Source of the DNA: an uncultured Desulfocapsa sp.
GTDB taxonomy: Bacteria; Desulfobacterota; Desulfobulbia; Desulfobulbales; Desulfocapsaceae
Length of the DNA stretch: 64,000 nt
Assembly: GCA_947311435.1 (NCBI GenBank)
Contig: CAMZKT010000029.1
Coordinates: 382-64,381, forward strand
Direction of reading: 5' to 3'
Shown here piece by piece: positions 10,917-20,015 of the stretch (position 1 is the first letter of the stretch; each line of letters opens with the position of its first letter). The position numbers and the translations under genes are program-made. A model generated the notes under the pieces. That model did not search any database and was not told the DNA's origin. It saw only the letters and a list, made by a program, of their open reading frames with translations.

Positions 10917-11902
10917 GGCAAACGTTTTCTCCCAATCAAAATCTCGGTGGCCAACAAAAATAACCCGACAAAAACAAACCAGGGAAACAGTTCCCGGTAA
11001 TTTTCAAACTTTTTAATGCTCCTTGTGGTGGTTTCCATGGTGTTAATCTCTTCATAAACTTTTTCCAGAGACTGTGTATCAGTTGCCCGAAAATATCGAC
11101 CTCCTGTGATTTCAGCCACCTCTGTGAGTGTTTTGTCGTCGATATCAACAGTTACCCGCATCAATCGCTGTCGACCGAATCTGTCAGTTACCGGAATGGG
11201 AGCCTCTCCCCGTGTTCCAGCACCAATGGTATAGACTTTTATACCCAGGGTTTCTGCTGCCTCAGCCGCAACCAGAGGTGGAACAGTTCCCGTATTATTC
11301 ATTCCATCGGTGAGCAGAATCACTATACGCGACTTTGCCTCCCGATCACGTAGACGATTTAACCCGCTGCCAATAGCGGAACCAATGGCTGTACCATCTT
11401 CATCTATCGTCCCGACGGAAAGAGTATCCAACCTTTTTAGAAGCCAATCATGGTCAAGAGTAAGTGGACTTACCATATATGGCCTGCCACTGAATGCGAG
11501 CAGGCCAATACGATCATTGGGCCGCTCGGCAATAAATGTATGCAAAACTGATTTCACCACATCGAGTCGGTTGGCTGCTCTTCCTTCCAGAGTAAAATCC
11601 AGTGCCTTCATGGAACCCGACACGTCAACTGCCAGCAATATATCAATGCCACTGGCCTCAATCTCTGTGGTAGTGTTCCCAAGCTGGGGCCTGGCAAAGG
11701 CAATAATCAGCAGCCCCAGGCCTATTAAGCGCAGTGCCGTAAGAATCTTTCCCGGCCCTGTTTTCCGCCCCTCTGCCAGAGATGCAGCTATGGAGATAGT
11801 GGAGAAAACAAGAGCAGGAGCGGTGCCACGTTTGCCCCTCAAAACAGCCAGTAAAGGGAGCAGTGTAAGAAGCCAGAGAAATTCAGGGTGAAGAAATCGC
11901 AT
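10913..11902 (-). CDS. batA: BatA-like VWA domain protein
   Basis: DVSGSM MIDAS, DRIGL, PLTLD, GTAIG, LLTDG. Confidence 0.9.
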   Translation of the reverse strand: MRFLHPEFLWLLTLLPLLAVLRGKRGTAPALVFSTISIAASLAEGRKTGPGKILTALRLIGLGLLIIAFARPQLGNTTTEIEASGIDILLAVDVSGSMKALDFTLEGRAANRLDVVKSVLHTFIAERPNDRIGLLAFSGRPYMVSPLTLDHDWLLKRLDTLSVGTIDEDGTAIGSAIGSGLNRLRDREAKSRIVILLTDGMNNTGTVPPLVAAEAAETLGIKVYTIGAGTRGEAPIPVTDRFGRQRLMRVTVDIDDKTLTEVAEITGGRYFRATDTQSLEKVYEEINTMETTTRSIKKFENYRELFPWFVFVGLFLLATEILIGRKRLP

Positions 11903-11907
11903 AATGG

Positions 11908-12429
11908 TTATCTCCTTCCCTGCTCAGGTTCACGGGTGGCCTCAATAAAATTTTGCACGGCTGCTTCCATCTTTTCCATACTGGCCAGATCCGGACTGCA
12001 ACGGGCAAATTTGGCCAGATCGCACTGAGCAAGACAATCTTGAAGAGTTTCATAGTGTTTCTCAAAAAGGGCTGCGGTCTGCTGTGGAGTGGCAGCCAGG
12101 CTTGCAAAAAATTCTGTGCTCGTCTGCCGCGTACTTCTAAGAGAAAAACGCTGCTCAATATAACGCCTTAGAATGTCCGAAATCTCACCGGCATACTCCC
12201 TGGACCTCTCCACGGACATCAAGCTCCGCGCCGATTTCATTTCAGCCAATGCCTTTTCATGGGCAAGAGGACAGGAGGCCTTCATTTTTCTAAAACGAAA
12301 AAACCAGAGAGCCACAGCACCCAGGAGAAGGCATAAACAGGCTACAACAAGAAGAATTGTATAATCTTGCGCCTCCGGAAGTAAGAGTGGGGGATGAATA
12401 TCCCGTAATTGTAACTGATCAGGATTCAT
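11908..12429 (-). CDS. DUF4381-like membrane protein of MoxR/Bat operons
   Basis: LRDIHPP motif, single TM, LRRYIE..DLAKFA; lies between DUF58 and batA. Confidence 0.75.
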   Translation of the reverse strand: MNPDQLQLRDIHPPLLLPEAQDYTILLVVACLCLLLGAVALWFFRFRKMKASCPLAHEKALAEMKSARSLMSVERSREYAGEISDILRRYIEQRFSLRSTRQTSTEFFASLAATPQQTAALFEKHYETLQDCLAQCDLAKFARCSPDLASMEKMEAAVQNFIEATREPEQGRR

Positions 12430-13340
12430 CTGCTGAACCTCCTTCTTCGGTTTCCGAAAAAGCCTAATAACGGTGGAATGTAGGATTCATCCGTAAAAAG
12501 ATCGAGAAGATCCACTCCTACGGAACGTATGGCTCTGTGCAAACTTTTCCTCCTCGATTCAGCTAGCTCCGAAAAGCCCTTCCGCACGGAAGGATCAGAC
12601 GTGTCCAACTCCACCTGTTCTCCACTTTCGGCATCCTCTATGGTCAACCAGCCAACATCTGGAATCTTGAATTCCCGTGGGTCTGAAATAATCATCGCGA
12701 TAAGATCGTGACGGCGATTGCTTACCTGAAGCTTCGGCTGCAAACGGGCAAGAGCATCTTCAAAATCCCCCGGCAAACAAAAATCAGATATAAGGAAAGC
12801 CACACACTTACGCTTTGCCACACCATTGACAAAATCCAGTGGGACCACAAGATCTGTCTTTCTCCCCTGCGGCTGGAAGAAGAGAATTTCCCGTATCAAT
12901 CGTAAAATATGGGATCGTCCCTTTTTGGGAGGAATATACAGCTCCACAAAATCAGAAAACAGTACCAGCCCCACCTTATCGTTATTGCGTACTGCCGAAA
13001 ATGCCAGCACCGAGCCAATTTCTGCCATGATCTCCCGCTTGGAGTGACTTGCTGAGCCGAAATCTCCAGATCCGGAAATATCAATCATCAACATGATGGT
13101 GAGTTCGCGTTCTTCAGTGAACTTTTTGATATGTGGAATGCCCGTCCGAGCAGTAACATTCCAGTCTATTGTTCGTATCTCATCGCCAGGTACATATTCC
13201 CGAACCTCATCAAAGTTCATCCCCCTTCCTTTAAATACAGACTGATAACTTCCAGCCAGAGTATCGTTCACAAGGCGGCTGGTACGCACCTCAATCTGAC
13301 GCACCTTTTTCAGGATCTTTTTGGTAATTTGTTCTTCCAT
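12426..13340 (-). CDS. DUF58 domain protein
   Basis: FKGRGMNFDEVREYVPGDEIRTIDWNVTAR, EERELT, DISGS. Confidence 0.92.
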   Translation of the reverse strand: MEEQITKKILKKVRQIEVRTSRLVNDTLAGSYQSVFKGRGMNFDEVREYVPGDEIRTIDWNVTARTGIPHIKKFTEERELTIMLMIDISGSGDFGSASHSKREIMAEIGSVLAFSAVRNNDKVGLVLFSDFVELYIPPKKGRSHILRLIREILFFQPQGRKTDLVVPLDFVNGVAKRKCVAFLISDFCLPGDFEDALARLQPKLQVSNRRHDLIAMIISDPREFKIPDVGWLTIEDAESGEQVELDTSDPSVRKGFSELAESRRKSLHRAIRSVGVDLLDLFTDESYIPPLLGFFGNRRRRFSR

Positions 13341-13350
13341 GATCGTTTTT

Positions 13351-14412
13351 TTACGGAACCGGAACAGTATCAAGAATTTTCCGAATAATATCCTCACTTG
13401 TTACAGCCTCAGCTTCCGCCTCATAACTGATACGAATACGATGACGCATCACATCCATTGCAGCAGATTTCACATCATCCGGCGTGACATACCCACGTCC
13501 GGCAAGAAAGGCCAGAGCCCTGGAAACTGCCTTGAGATTGATTGTGGCTCGCGGCGAGGCACCTGTCTCTATATACTCTTTCAAATCAAGCTGAAAAGTC
13601 TTGGGATCCCGGGTGGCACAGACAAGTGAGACGATATAATCTTTAATTTTATCATCCATGTAGATGGTATCCACAACCCTGCGTGCGCCGAGAATATCAT
13701 CGGGCCCAATCACAGGGTTTATCTGTATTCTTGAATCGGTATGATCAATTCTATCCAGAATCATACGCTCCTGGATCATGGTGGGATACTCCACTACCAC
13801 CTTCAGCATAAACCGGTCAACCTGAGCTTCCGGAAGCGGATATGTCCCCTCCTGTTCGATGGGATTCTGGGTAGCGAGCACAAGAAACAACTCGGGCAGG
13901 GTAAAACTTTCATCACCAATGGTCACCTGCTTTTCCTGCATGGCCTCAAGCATGGCTGACTGCACTTTGGCAGGTGCCCTGTTGATTTCATCGGCCAGAA
14001 TAAGGGATGAGAAAATAGGCCCTCGCTTCACCTCAAAAGCGGTATCTTTGGGATTATAAATCTGGGTTCCAATAATATCTGCGGGCAACATATCCGGGGT
14101 AAACTGAATACGTTGAAAATCTGTATTCACAGCCATTGCCAGAGTTTTAACAGCAAGTGTTTTTGCAAGACCGGGAAGCCCCTCCAAAAGAATGTGCCCA
14201 CCGGTCAACAAGCCGACAAGCAATCTTTCCACAAGATGTTCCTGACCGATGATGGATTTGGCCATCTCCTGCCGTAACAGTGCAACCCAGGCAGAACTGG
14301 CTGCCACCGTTTCATTGATGGCCTGGATAGACGTAAACCCTTCTCTCTGCTGCCCGGCTCCAGTCGGCAGAACTGATGAAGCGTTCTCAACGATTGACTC
14401 CTGCTGATTCAT
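13351..14412 (-). CDS. moxR: MoxR family AAA+ ATPase
   Basis: LEGLPGLAKT, RIQFTPD, DEINRAPAKVQSAMLEAMQE, ATQNPIEQEGTYPLPEAQVDRF. Confidence 0.95.
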   Translation of the reverse strand: MNQQESIVENASSVLPTGAGQQREGFTSIQAINETVAASSAWVALLRQEMAKSIIGQEHLVERLLVGLLTGGHILLEGLPGLAKTLAVKTLAMAVNTDFQRIQFTPDMLPADIIGTQIYNPKDTAFEVKRGPIFSSLILADEINRAPAKVQSAMLEAMQEKQVTIGDESFTLPELFLVLATQNPIEQEGTYPLPEAQVDRFMLKVVVEYPTMIQERMILDRIDHTDSRIQINPVIGPDDILGARRVVDTIYMDDKIKDYIVSLVCATRDPKTFQLDLKEYIETGASPRATINLKAVSRALAFLAGRGYVTPDDVKSAAMDVMRHRIRISYEAEAEAVTSEDIIRKILDTVPVP

Positions 14413-14898
14413 AACAACTCCTTCTCTTGAAGATTAGTAATAATTTTTCAATACAAAGAGGAATATAACAAGTACCCATTACGGGAATGTTGCCAGAACA
14501 TTACATTGATGTAATGTTTGTTTTTTTTCTTGAGAAACAGTCAAACGTGGACAGGATTTATCTTCTACCAGCCAACATAATGTCTATCTGGAGACATGTG
14601 ATAATTGACACATTCGTAAAAAGGTCAATTGAGAGATGGGTAAGTAAAAAACTTCAGATGCGATGCGCGAAATTTTATTTCATCTCGGTATACTAGGGTA
14701 CCTAGCAATCAAACAAAAAAATACACCAACGAAGCAGGTGGAGTGTTTTTACGACGCTATCATAAATAGTCAGCCAGACTATTTACGCTTAGGCCTCTAA
14801 CTGCTAGCTTGGCTACATTGTGTCAAAGCACAATAGGCTTCACAGGAAGTCTTATCACTTTAGTGTCTCTTACAAATTCAAAAGGGAGTAGAAACACC

Positions 14899-15609
14899 AT
14901 GAGACAAAGTATATTTTTATTATTGGCAGCCGCCACCATATTCATCCACAGCGGAAACGCCTCAGCAACTGTTTTCACCTATCAGGATACTTGGGTTAAC
15001 TGGCCCGGCTACAGCAGTACTCTTAGAGATGAAAATGGAACCCCGAAAATTGACAGGATGGACGTCACCGTTGATAATGGTTTTTTACAACGTGTGGATA
15101 TCGTTCTCCATACCAGTACACATAGGCAAGCCTATGATTCACTGTTTATCAATACAAATTGGGATATAAACGATGCAGGATCATGGGATAACTGGGACTA
15201 TTTCGTCCATGACGGTGGCAGCACAAACACTGCAAATACCGACGGAAACGTTGCCTCTGATGGTTTTTATTCAGTAAATGACAACTTTACATACACCTTC
15301 GTCACAACTCAGAACCGCGTGGGAAACCCCAATGGCGTTGATTCTGGATCGCTCTCTATGGTGAATAGTTCTTTTGGCGCATCTCATACTAAATACCTCA
15401 TCAGCTATGACTTTTCCTCCATGTTTAACAACCAGGGCCTTGCAATAAACGATGGTTTCTTTGTTGCTTACGCACCCTGGTGTGCCAACGATGTTATCGG
15501 CGGTGGCTCTCCTGTCCCGGAACCTGCCACAATGCTCCTCTTCGGAATTGGCCTGACAGGTTTAGTTGGGGCGCAACGACTCCGAAAAAAAACAGGTATA
15601 AACTCTTAA
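14899..15609 (+). CDS. PEP-CTERM sorting-domain exported protein
   Basis: Signal peptide ending ASA; C-terminal VPEPATMLLFGIGLTGLVGAQRLRKK; RBS GGGAG upstream. Confidence 0.92.
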   Translation: MRQSIFLLLAAATIFIHSGNASATVFTYQDTWVNWPGYSSTLRDENGTPKIDRMDVTVDNGFLQRVDIVLHTSTHRQAYDSLFINTNWDINDAGSWDNWDYFVHDGGSTNTANTDGNVASDGFYSVNDNFTYTFVTTQNRVGNPNGVDSGSLSMVNSSFGASHTKYLISYDFSSMFNNQGLAINDGFFVAYAPWCANDVIGGGSPVPEPATMLLFGIGLTGLVGAQRLRKKTGINS

Positions 15610-15646
15610 GCCTGTTTCACACTTCACAGAAGATTTTCTTGTTCTT

Positions 15647-16236
15647 TTGACAGAAAAAATTTACGCACTCACCGGGGCAAATGGTGCAGGAAAAACAACC
15701 TTATTGAATCTGTTGGCATTTCTCGTTCCGCCAACATCCGGAACCCTGCAGTTTTGCGGCAGGGATGTGGTGTATCGGGGAAAACAGCTCCTGAATTTAC
15801 GAAGGAGGGTGGTACTTGTTGATCAGTACCCCATTCTTTTCACCGGACCTGTCTGGAAGAATGTTGAGTTTGGGCTGAGGGTTCGAGGAGTAGCAAAAAA
15901 ACAGCGTACAAGAAAAGTTGAAGAAGTGCTGAACTTGTGGGGATGCAGGACTTCTACTCGGCTGATGCCCATAAATTGTCAGGAGGGGAGGCGAAGCGTG
16001 TCGCAATGGCCAGAGCCCTGGCCATTGCCCCGGAGGTGCTACTCTGTGATGAACCCACGGCAAATGTTGATGAGGAAAATCAGGGAATTATTCTGGATAT
16101 CCTTGAGAAAATCAACAGAGAAAACCGGACATCGATCCTTATGGCAACTCACTACCTCCCTCAGAGCAGGTATCTGGCGCATCATACCCTGACGCTTGAG
16201 TATGGGAGCTTGTCAGAGTGTGGAACAACTTTCTAA
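15647..16236 (+). pseudogene. 5'-truncated, frameshifted ABC ATPase (TupC/tungstate-type)
   Basis: Walker A GANGAGKT in ORF 15647; signature LSGGE and DEPTANVD in another frame (ORF 15937). Frameshift near 15932; no proper N-terminus. Confidence 0.8.
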
Positions 16237-16311
16237 TGGTTTTTTGGTAAGCGTTCACCAGCACCAAGGTAAGCGTAGACTCCGATCGTCAGTTTGAAAC
16301 TGCTCAGGTGA

Positions 16312-16549
16312 GGTGATAAGCAATTGCTTTCGAGGGGCTGAATGATGATGGTTTATCACCTTGACCATGAATATCTCACTTAATGGCACAGTATATGCTT
16401 TCCCCATTTTTATGGGAGACGTCGCACCGTGTCAGAACATAACAGCAGTTTATAATCCCCGGAATCCAACGGACTCTCCGTTGGACCATTTGTTACAGAA
16501 TCACTTTTTTTATTTCTGGCCCTCCCTCGAAAAGCGATTACTTATCACC
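16312..16549. repeat. Imperfect inverted repeat pair (23/26 nt) enclosing about 190 bp
   Basis: GGTGATAAGCAATTGCTTTCGAGGG (16312-16336) versus CCCTCGAAAAGCGATTACTTATCACC (16524-16549). Confidence 0.8.
16384..16399 (+). promoter_or_regulatory. Putative sigma54 (-24/-12) promoter
   Basis: TGGCACAGTATATGCT matches TGGCAC-N5-(T/A)TGC with exact spacing and points toward the TonB-receptor operon. Confidence 0.55.
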
Positions 16550-16825
16550 CAGTAGGCCATCACTCGTGTCTGCGTGCCTGTCAAGCGTCCCCGTCAATAA
16601 AGCATCTCCGATAAACTTACCAATCGCAGGATTCAGGCCTTACAGGTTTTGCTGACGGAACATACGTTGCGAGAACGACTGCGTGTTGGTTCTTGTTAGT
16701 TATGGTTCGTATACAGGGGATTCTGGTACTTATGTTGCGCCCCTGTTATTACTCGGTGTCTTTGCTGTTCTGTTGCGTATGTGCGTGTCAGGGAGTATGC
16801 CAATTAAACATTTGAGGACCAAATT

Positions 16826-18832
16826 ATGTTGCGAAAAACCATTGCTTGTGCACCAGCCCTTTTACTCTGTGTTTGTGGAGGGAGCCATATTGTTATGGCC
16901 GAAGAAGGGCAAGGTGTTGAAGATAGGATTTTTACCCTGGGGGAAATTGTTGTTGAGGATAACTCAGGAGTGCAGGATATTGCCATTTCGAACACCATAA
17001 CAGCAGAAGAAATAAAGGCAGTTGGTGCAACAACTGCTGCAGAGGCTCTACGGTATGTTCCCGGGATTAATGTTGCAAGGACAACCAAGGGCGAGTTGAA
17101 CATTAATCTCCAGGCGTTTTCTCAAAAAGATGTTCTGATTCTTATTGATGGCGTTCCGTATTATGAAACACAAAACGGACCTCTTGATCTGCAGCAGATA
17201 CCTGCAGCTATTATCGGGAAAATTGAAGTAACCAAGGGAGCTTCCTCGGTGCTTTATGGCCCCAACGCTCTTGGCGGAGTGGTAAACATAATTACGCAAA
17301 AAGGAGTTGAGGGAGTTGCTGGTTCGGCAGGTCTTGAACTTGGTGACGGCGGCTACCATCGTGGTGTGGCAACGCTTAACTATGGTCATGAAGGTGGCTT
17401 CTCAATCCTTGGAACGATTGATTATAAGTCTCGGGATAATTTGAGTTTTTCCGATGATTATGAGCCCCAGGCAACGAGCATAAAAGGAATGGGACGCTCT
17501 CTCTACATTGTTGATGATGGGGGAGATAAGGATAACTCTGATCTGGAATCGCTTAATCTTTGGACGCGACTGGGCTTTCAATTTACTGAAGATGCAGAAC
17601 TCTATGCATCGTTGTACAGATTTGACATGGAGCGGGGCAGGCCGTTCAGTGATTCACACAATAAAAGATTTTATGAGAGTGCAACAAGTGCAGCGTTCAC
17701 AACATTTGGGCGTTATGACAAGTATGAAGACACGGGGATCGACCTGGGAGGAACAGTTCGTGTCAGCGACTGGATAACTTTCCGTGGACTGGCTTTTTAC
17801 CATAAACACACAGATGATTATGTTTCCTATGAAGACTGGACTATGGTAACACCGCTTGCAGTCAGCACCTGGGATGATGATTCCCATGGTGCCTCATTTT
17901 TCACCGATATGGACCTTAATCGCTTCGGCACCCTCTCGCTCACTGCGCAATACAGAGAAGACAAGCACAGGCAAAGAGGAGACGAACATTTTCCCTGGAG
18001 TGACTCCGAGTCTGATATTTCGACGTTTGCTGCAGAAAATACCGTGACTTTTGGACAGATCACGGCTGTTGCCGGCATATCCTACAGCTATTTTGATGCG
18101 ACAAAAATTGACGATAACCCTGGCTACAATACAGACACCCTGGACCCAATGCTTGGTGTCACCTGGGTTGGCGAGAATGGGGTGGAATTGTTTGGCTCTG
18201 TTGCTAAAAAGACCCGCTTTCCAACCTTTAGCGATATGGAAGACGATGGTGTTATTTTTATTCTTGATCCGGAAAAGAACATGAATTACACCATCGGAGC
18301 AAAATACAGCATGTTTGGAAAAAGTCAGGTGTCAGTTTCCGGGTTTTATAACGATGTGACCGATCGTATTGCGGAATCCCAGGATGCTGCCGGAAATGAT
18401 ATAATGACAAATTTGGATGAGGTTGAGATTTATGGTGTTGAGTTTACCAGCGAAACCGGCATTACCGACAGACTGAGTACACGCCTGGATTATGTGTACA
18501 CTCATGCCCGCAATGTTTCAGAAATGCGAGTAAGTAAGTACATTGAGGATGTTCCAGAGCACCAGGGCATAGCGGATATCTCCTACAGGATTCCTGGTGT
18601 TGAGGTGGATTTCAATGTTCGTGGTACCTTGAAGCTCAATAATGTAGTCAATGATAAAGAGGATTCCATGGAGGACAGTTTCGTGATTGACCTCTCTCTT
18701 ACCAAAGAATTCGACAAGGGGTACCGATTGAGTGCCTATGTGTATAATCTCTTTGATCAGGATTATTATGAGGGAACTGGAATGGCAAGCAATGGACTGA
18801 GCTTTAAGGTGTTGGCACAATATAATTTTTAA
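16826..18832 (+). CDS. TonB-dependent outer-membrane receptor
   Basis: Signal peptide, TonB box LGEIVV, plug motifs LILIDGVP and KIEVTKGASSVLYGPNALGGVVNIIT, C-terminal YNF. Confidence 0.95.
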   Translation: MLRKTIACAPALLLCVCGGSHIVMAEEGQGVEDRIFTLGEIVVEDNSGVQDIAISNTITAEEIKAVGATTAAEALRYVPGINVARTTKGELNINLQAFSQKDVLILIDGVPYYETQNGPLDLQQIPAAIIGKIEVTKGASSVLYGPNALGGVVNIITQKGVEGVAGSAGLELGDGGYHRGVATLNYGHEGGFSILGTIDYKSRDNLSFSDDYEPQATSIKGMGRSLYIVDDGGDKDNSDLESLNLWTRLGFQFTEDAELYASLYRFDMERGRPFSDSHNKRFYESATSAAFTTFGRYDKYEDTGIDLGGTVRVSDWITFRGLAFYHKHTDDYVSYEDWTMVTPLAVSTWDDDSHGASFFTDMDLNRFGTLSLTAQYREDKHRQRGDEHFPWSDSESDISTFAAENTVTFGQITAVAGISYSYFDATKIDDNPGYNTDTLDPMLGVTWVGENGVELFGSVAKKTRFPTFSDMEDDGVIFILDPEKNMNYTIGAKYSMFGKSQVSVSGFYNDVTDRIAESQDAAGNDIMTNLDEVEIYGVEFTSETGITDRLSTRLDYVYTHARNVSEMRVSKYIEDVPEHQGIADISYRIPGVEVDFNVRGTLKLNNVVNDKEDSMEDSFVIDLSLTKEFDKGYRLSAYVYNLFDQDYYEGTGMASNGLSFKVLAQYNF

Positions 18833-18887
18833 TGGTGGTACTGGAAACAAACACGAAATTCCTGCCATTACTCGTTTGACTATTTTG

Positions 18888-18913
18888 ACCCACCCAGGTT
18901 TTCCCGGGTGGGT
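18888..18913 (+). terminator. Intercistronic GC-rich hairpin (attenuator or mRNA stabiliser)
   Basis: ACCCACCC...GGGTGGGT 8-bp stem followed by a pyrimidine run, between the receptor and binding-protein genes. Confidence 0.4.
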
Positions 18914-18940
18914 TCTCTTCTCTATGGGAAAAAGGGAAAT

Positions 18941-19963
18941 ATGAAAAATTGTGTTGTGTGTTGCATTGTTGCTGTCTGTGTTTTGCTGACAGGAATCCCC
19001 ACCCCTCTTTTGGCAGAAAGTGTTGTCGTTTATGACCAGGCTGGCCGGAGTGTTGTGATTCAACAGCCGGTTGAAAGGGTTGTGACTACTTTTATTCCAG
19101 CCACTCTTTTTGCCCTGTGCGCAGGGCTTAAGGATAGGATCGTTGGTGCTTCGACTAAAGATGGGACAAGCTCTATCTATGAAGCCCTTATAGATAAAAA
19201 CACTCCTCCCACCCTTGTTGGGAATAGAAGTAATGGATTGAATCTGGAAACAATTGCTTCTCTTAAGCCGGATCTTGTCATCATGTATGGTCAAAAAGAT
19301 GGGGTGCATTTGGCCGACAGGTTGACTGCCCTTGGGATACCGGCAATTGTTATCATGCCGGAGGATTTCTCAAGTATGAAGACTGCTCTGGCCTTGATAG
19401 GGGAGGCAAGCGGGCGAAGAAAACACGTTGATACTGTTATTGCAGCAATGTCTGCAATAGAAAAAGGAGTCGCTTCTCGGGTGGAAGGACTTGGTGCTCC
19501 ACGAGTATACTACGCGACCAGTAATCTCTTGCGTACGGTTTCTGGAGATATGCTGCAAAATGAGATGATTCGTCTTGCTGGTGGAAGAAATGTCAGTGAA
19601 CACAGCAAGGGGTTTTTTGTAAATATCAGCCGCGAACAGCTTTTTACGTGGAATCCTGAAATAATACTCTGCAGTGATCGGCTGTCTTCTGCGGAACTGG
19701 AGCGTATTTATTCTCCCGAATTTTCCTCATTGGCGGCACTCCAAGACCCGGCCAATACAAAGGTTTTTCGTTTTCCCGCGGAAACATACTGGGATTTTCC
19801 CTCCCCCCTCGCCATGGCCGGGGTGTTGTGGATAAGTAAACAGATTCACCCTGAGGCGTATAATACAGTGGATTTTCAGAAGGAAATTGATTGGTTTTAC
19901 GATAGTATTTTCGGACAGGGATTTGCCCAAAGCCATCCAGTGGTTGTTGGAAGGCAGCCATGA
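18941..19963 (+). CDS. ABC periplasmic substrate-binding protein, FecB/BtuF/MolA class
   Basis: VYDQAGRSVVI, NLETIASLKPDLVI, LAGGRNV, EQLFTWNPEIIL, IHPE. Confidence 0.9.
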   Translation: MKNCVVCCIVAVCVLLTGIPTPLLAESVVVYDQAGRSVVIQQPVERVVTTFIPATLFALCAGLKDRIVGASTKDGTSSIYEALIDKNTPPTLVGNRSNGLNLETIASLKPDLVIMYGQKDGVHLADRLTALGIPAIVIMPEDFSSMKTALALIGEASGRRKHVDTVIAAMSAIEKGVASRVEGLGAPRVYYATSNLLRTVSGDMLQNEMIRLAGGRNVSEHSKGFFVNISREQLFTWNPEIILCSDRLSSAELERIYSPEFSSLAALQDPANTKVFRFPAETYWDFPSPLAMAGVLWISKQIHPEAYNTVDFQKEIDWFYDSIFGQGFAQSHPVVVGRQP

Positions 19964-20015
19964 GTGTTTCGCACTGCACTGTTCTGTTGAATTCTATTGC
20001 AGTGGCGAAAGAAGT

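Noticed and set aside
6251-14412. MoxR-DUF58-Bat operon as a novel system
   Set aside because: This is an already described, widespread operon, and BatB-BatC fusions are common.
15929-15945. Programmed frameshift in the ABC ATPase
   Set aside because: There is no slippery heptamer and the gene also lacks its 5' end, so simple decay or a sequencing error is more likely.
18518-19309. 263-aa minus-strand ORF (and similar shadow ORFs such as 60956-61648 and 11310-11891)
   Set aside because: These are antisense to well-supported genes and show no recognisable motifs.
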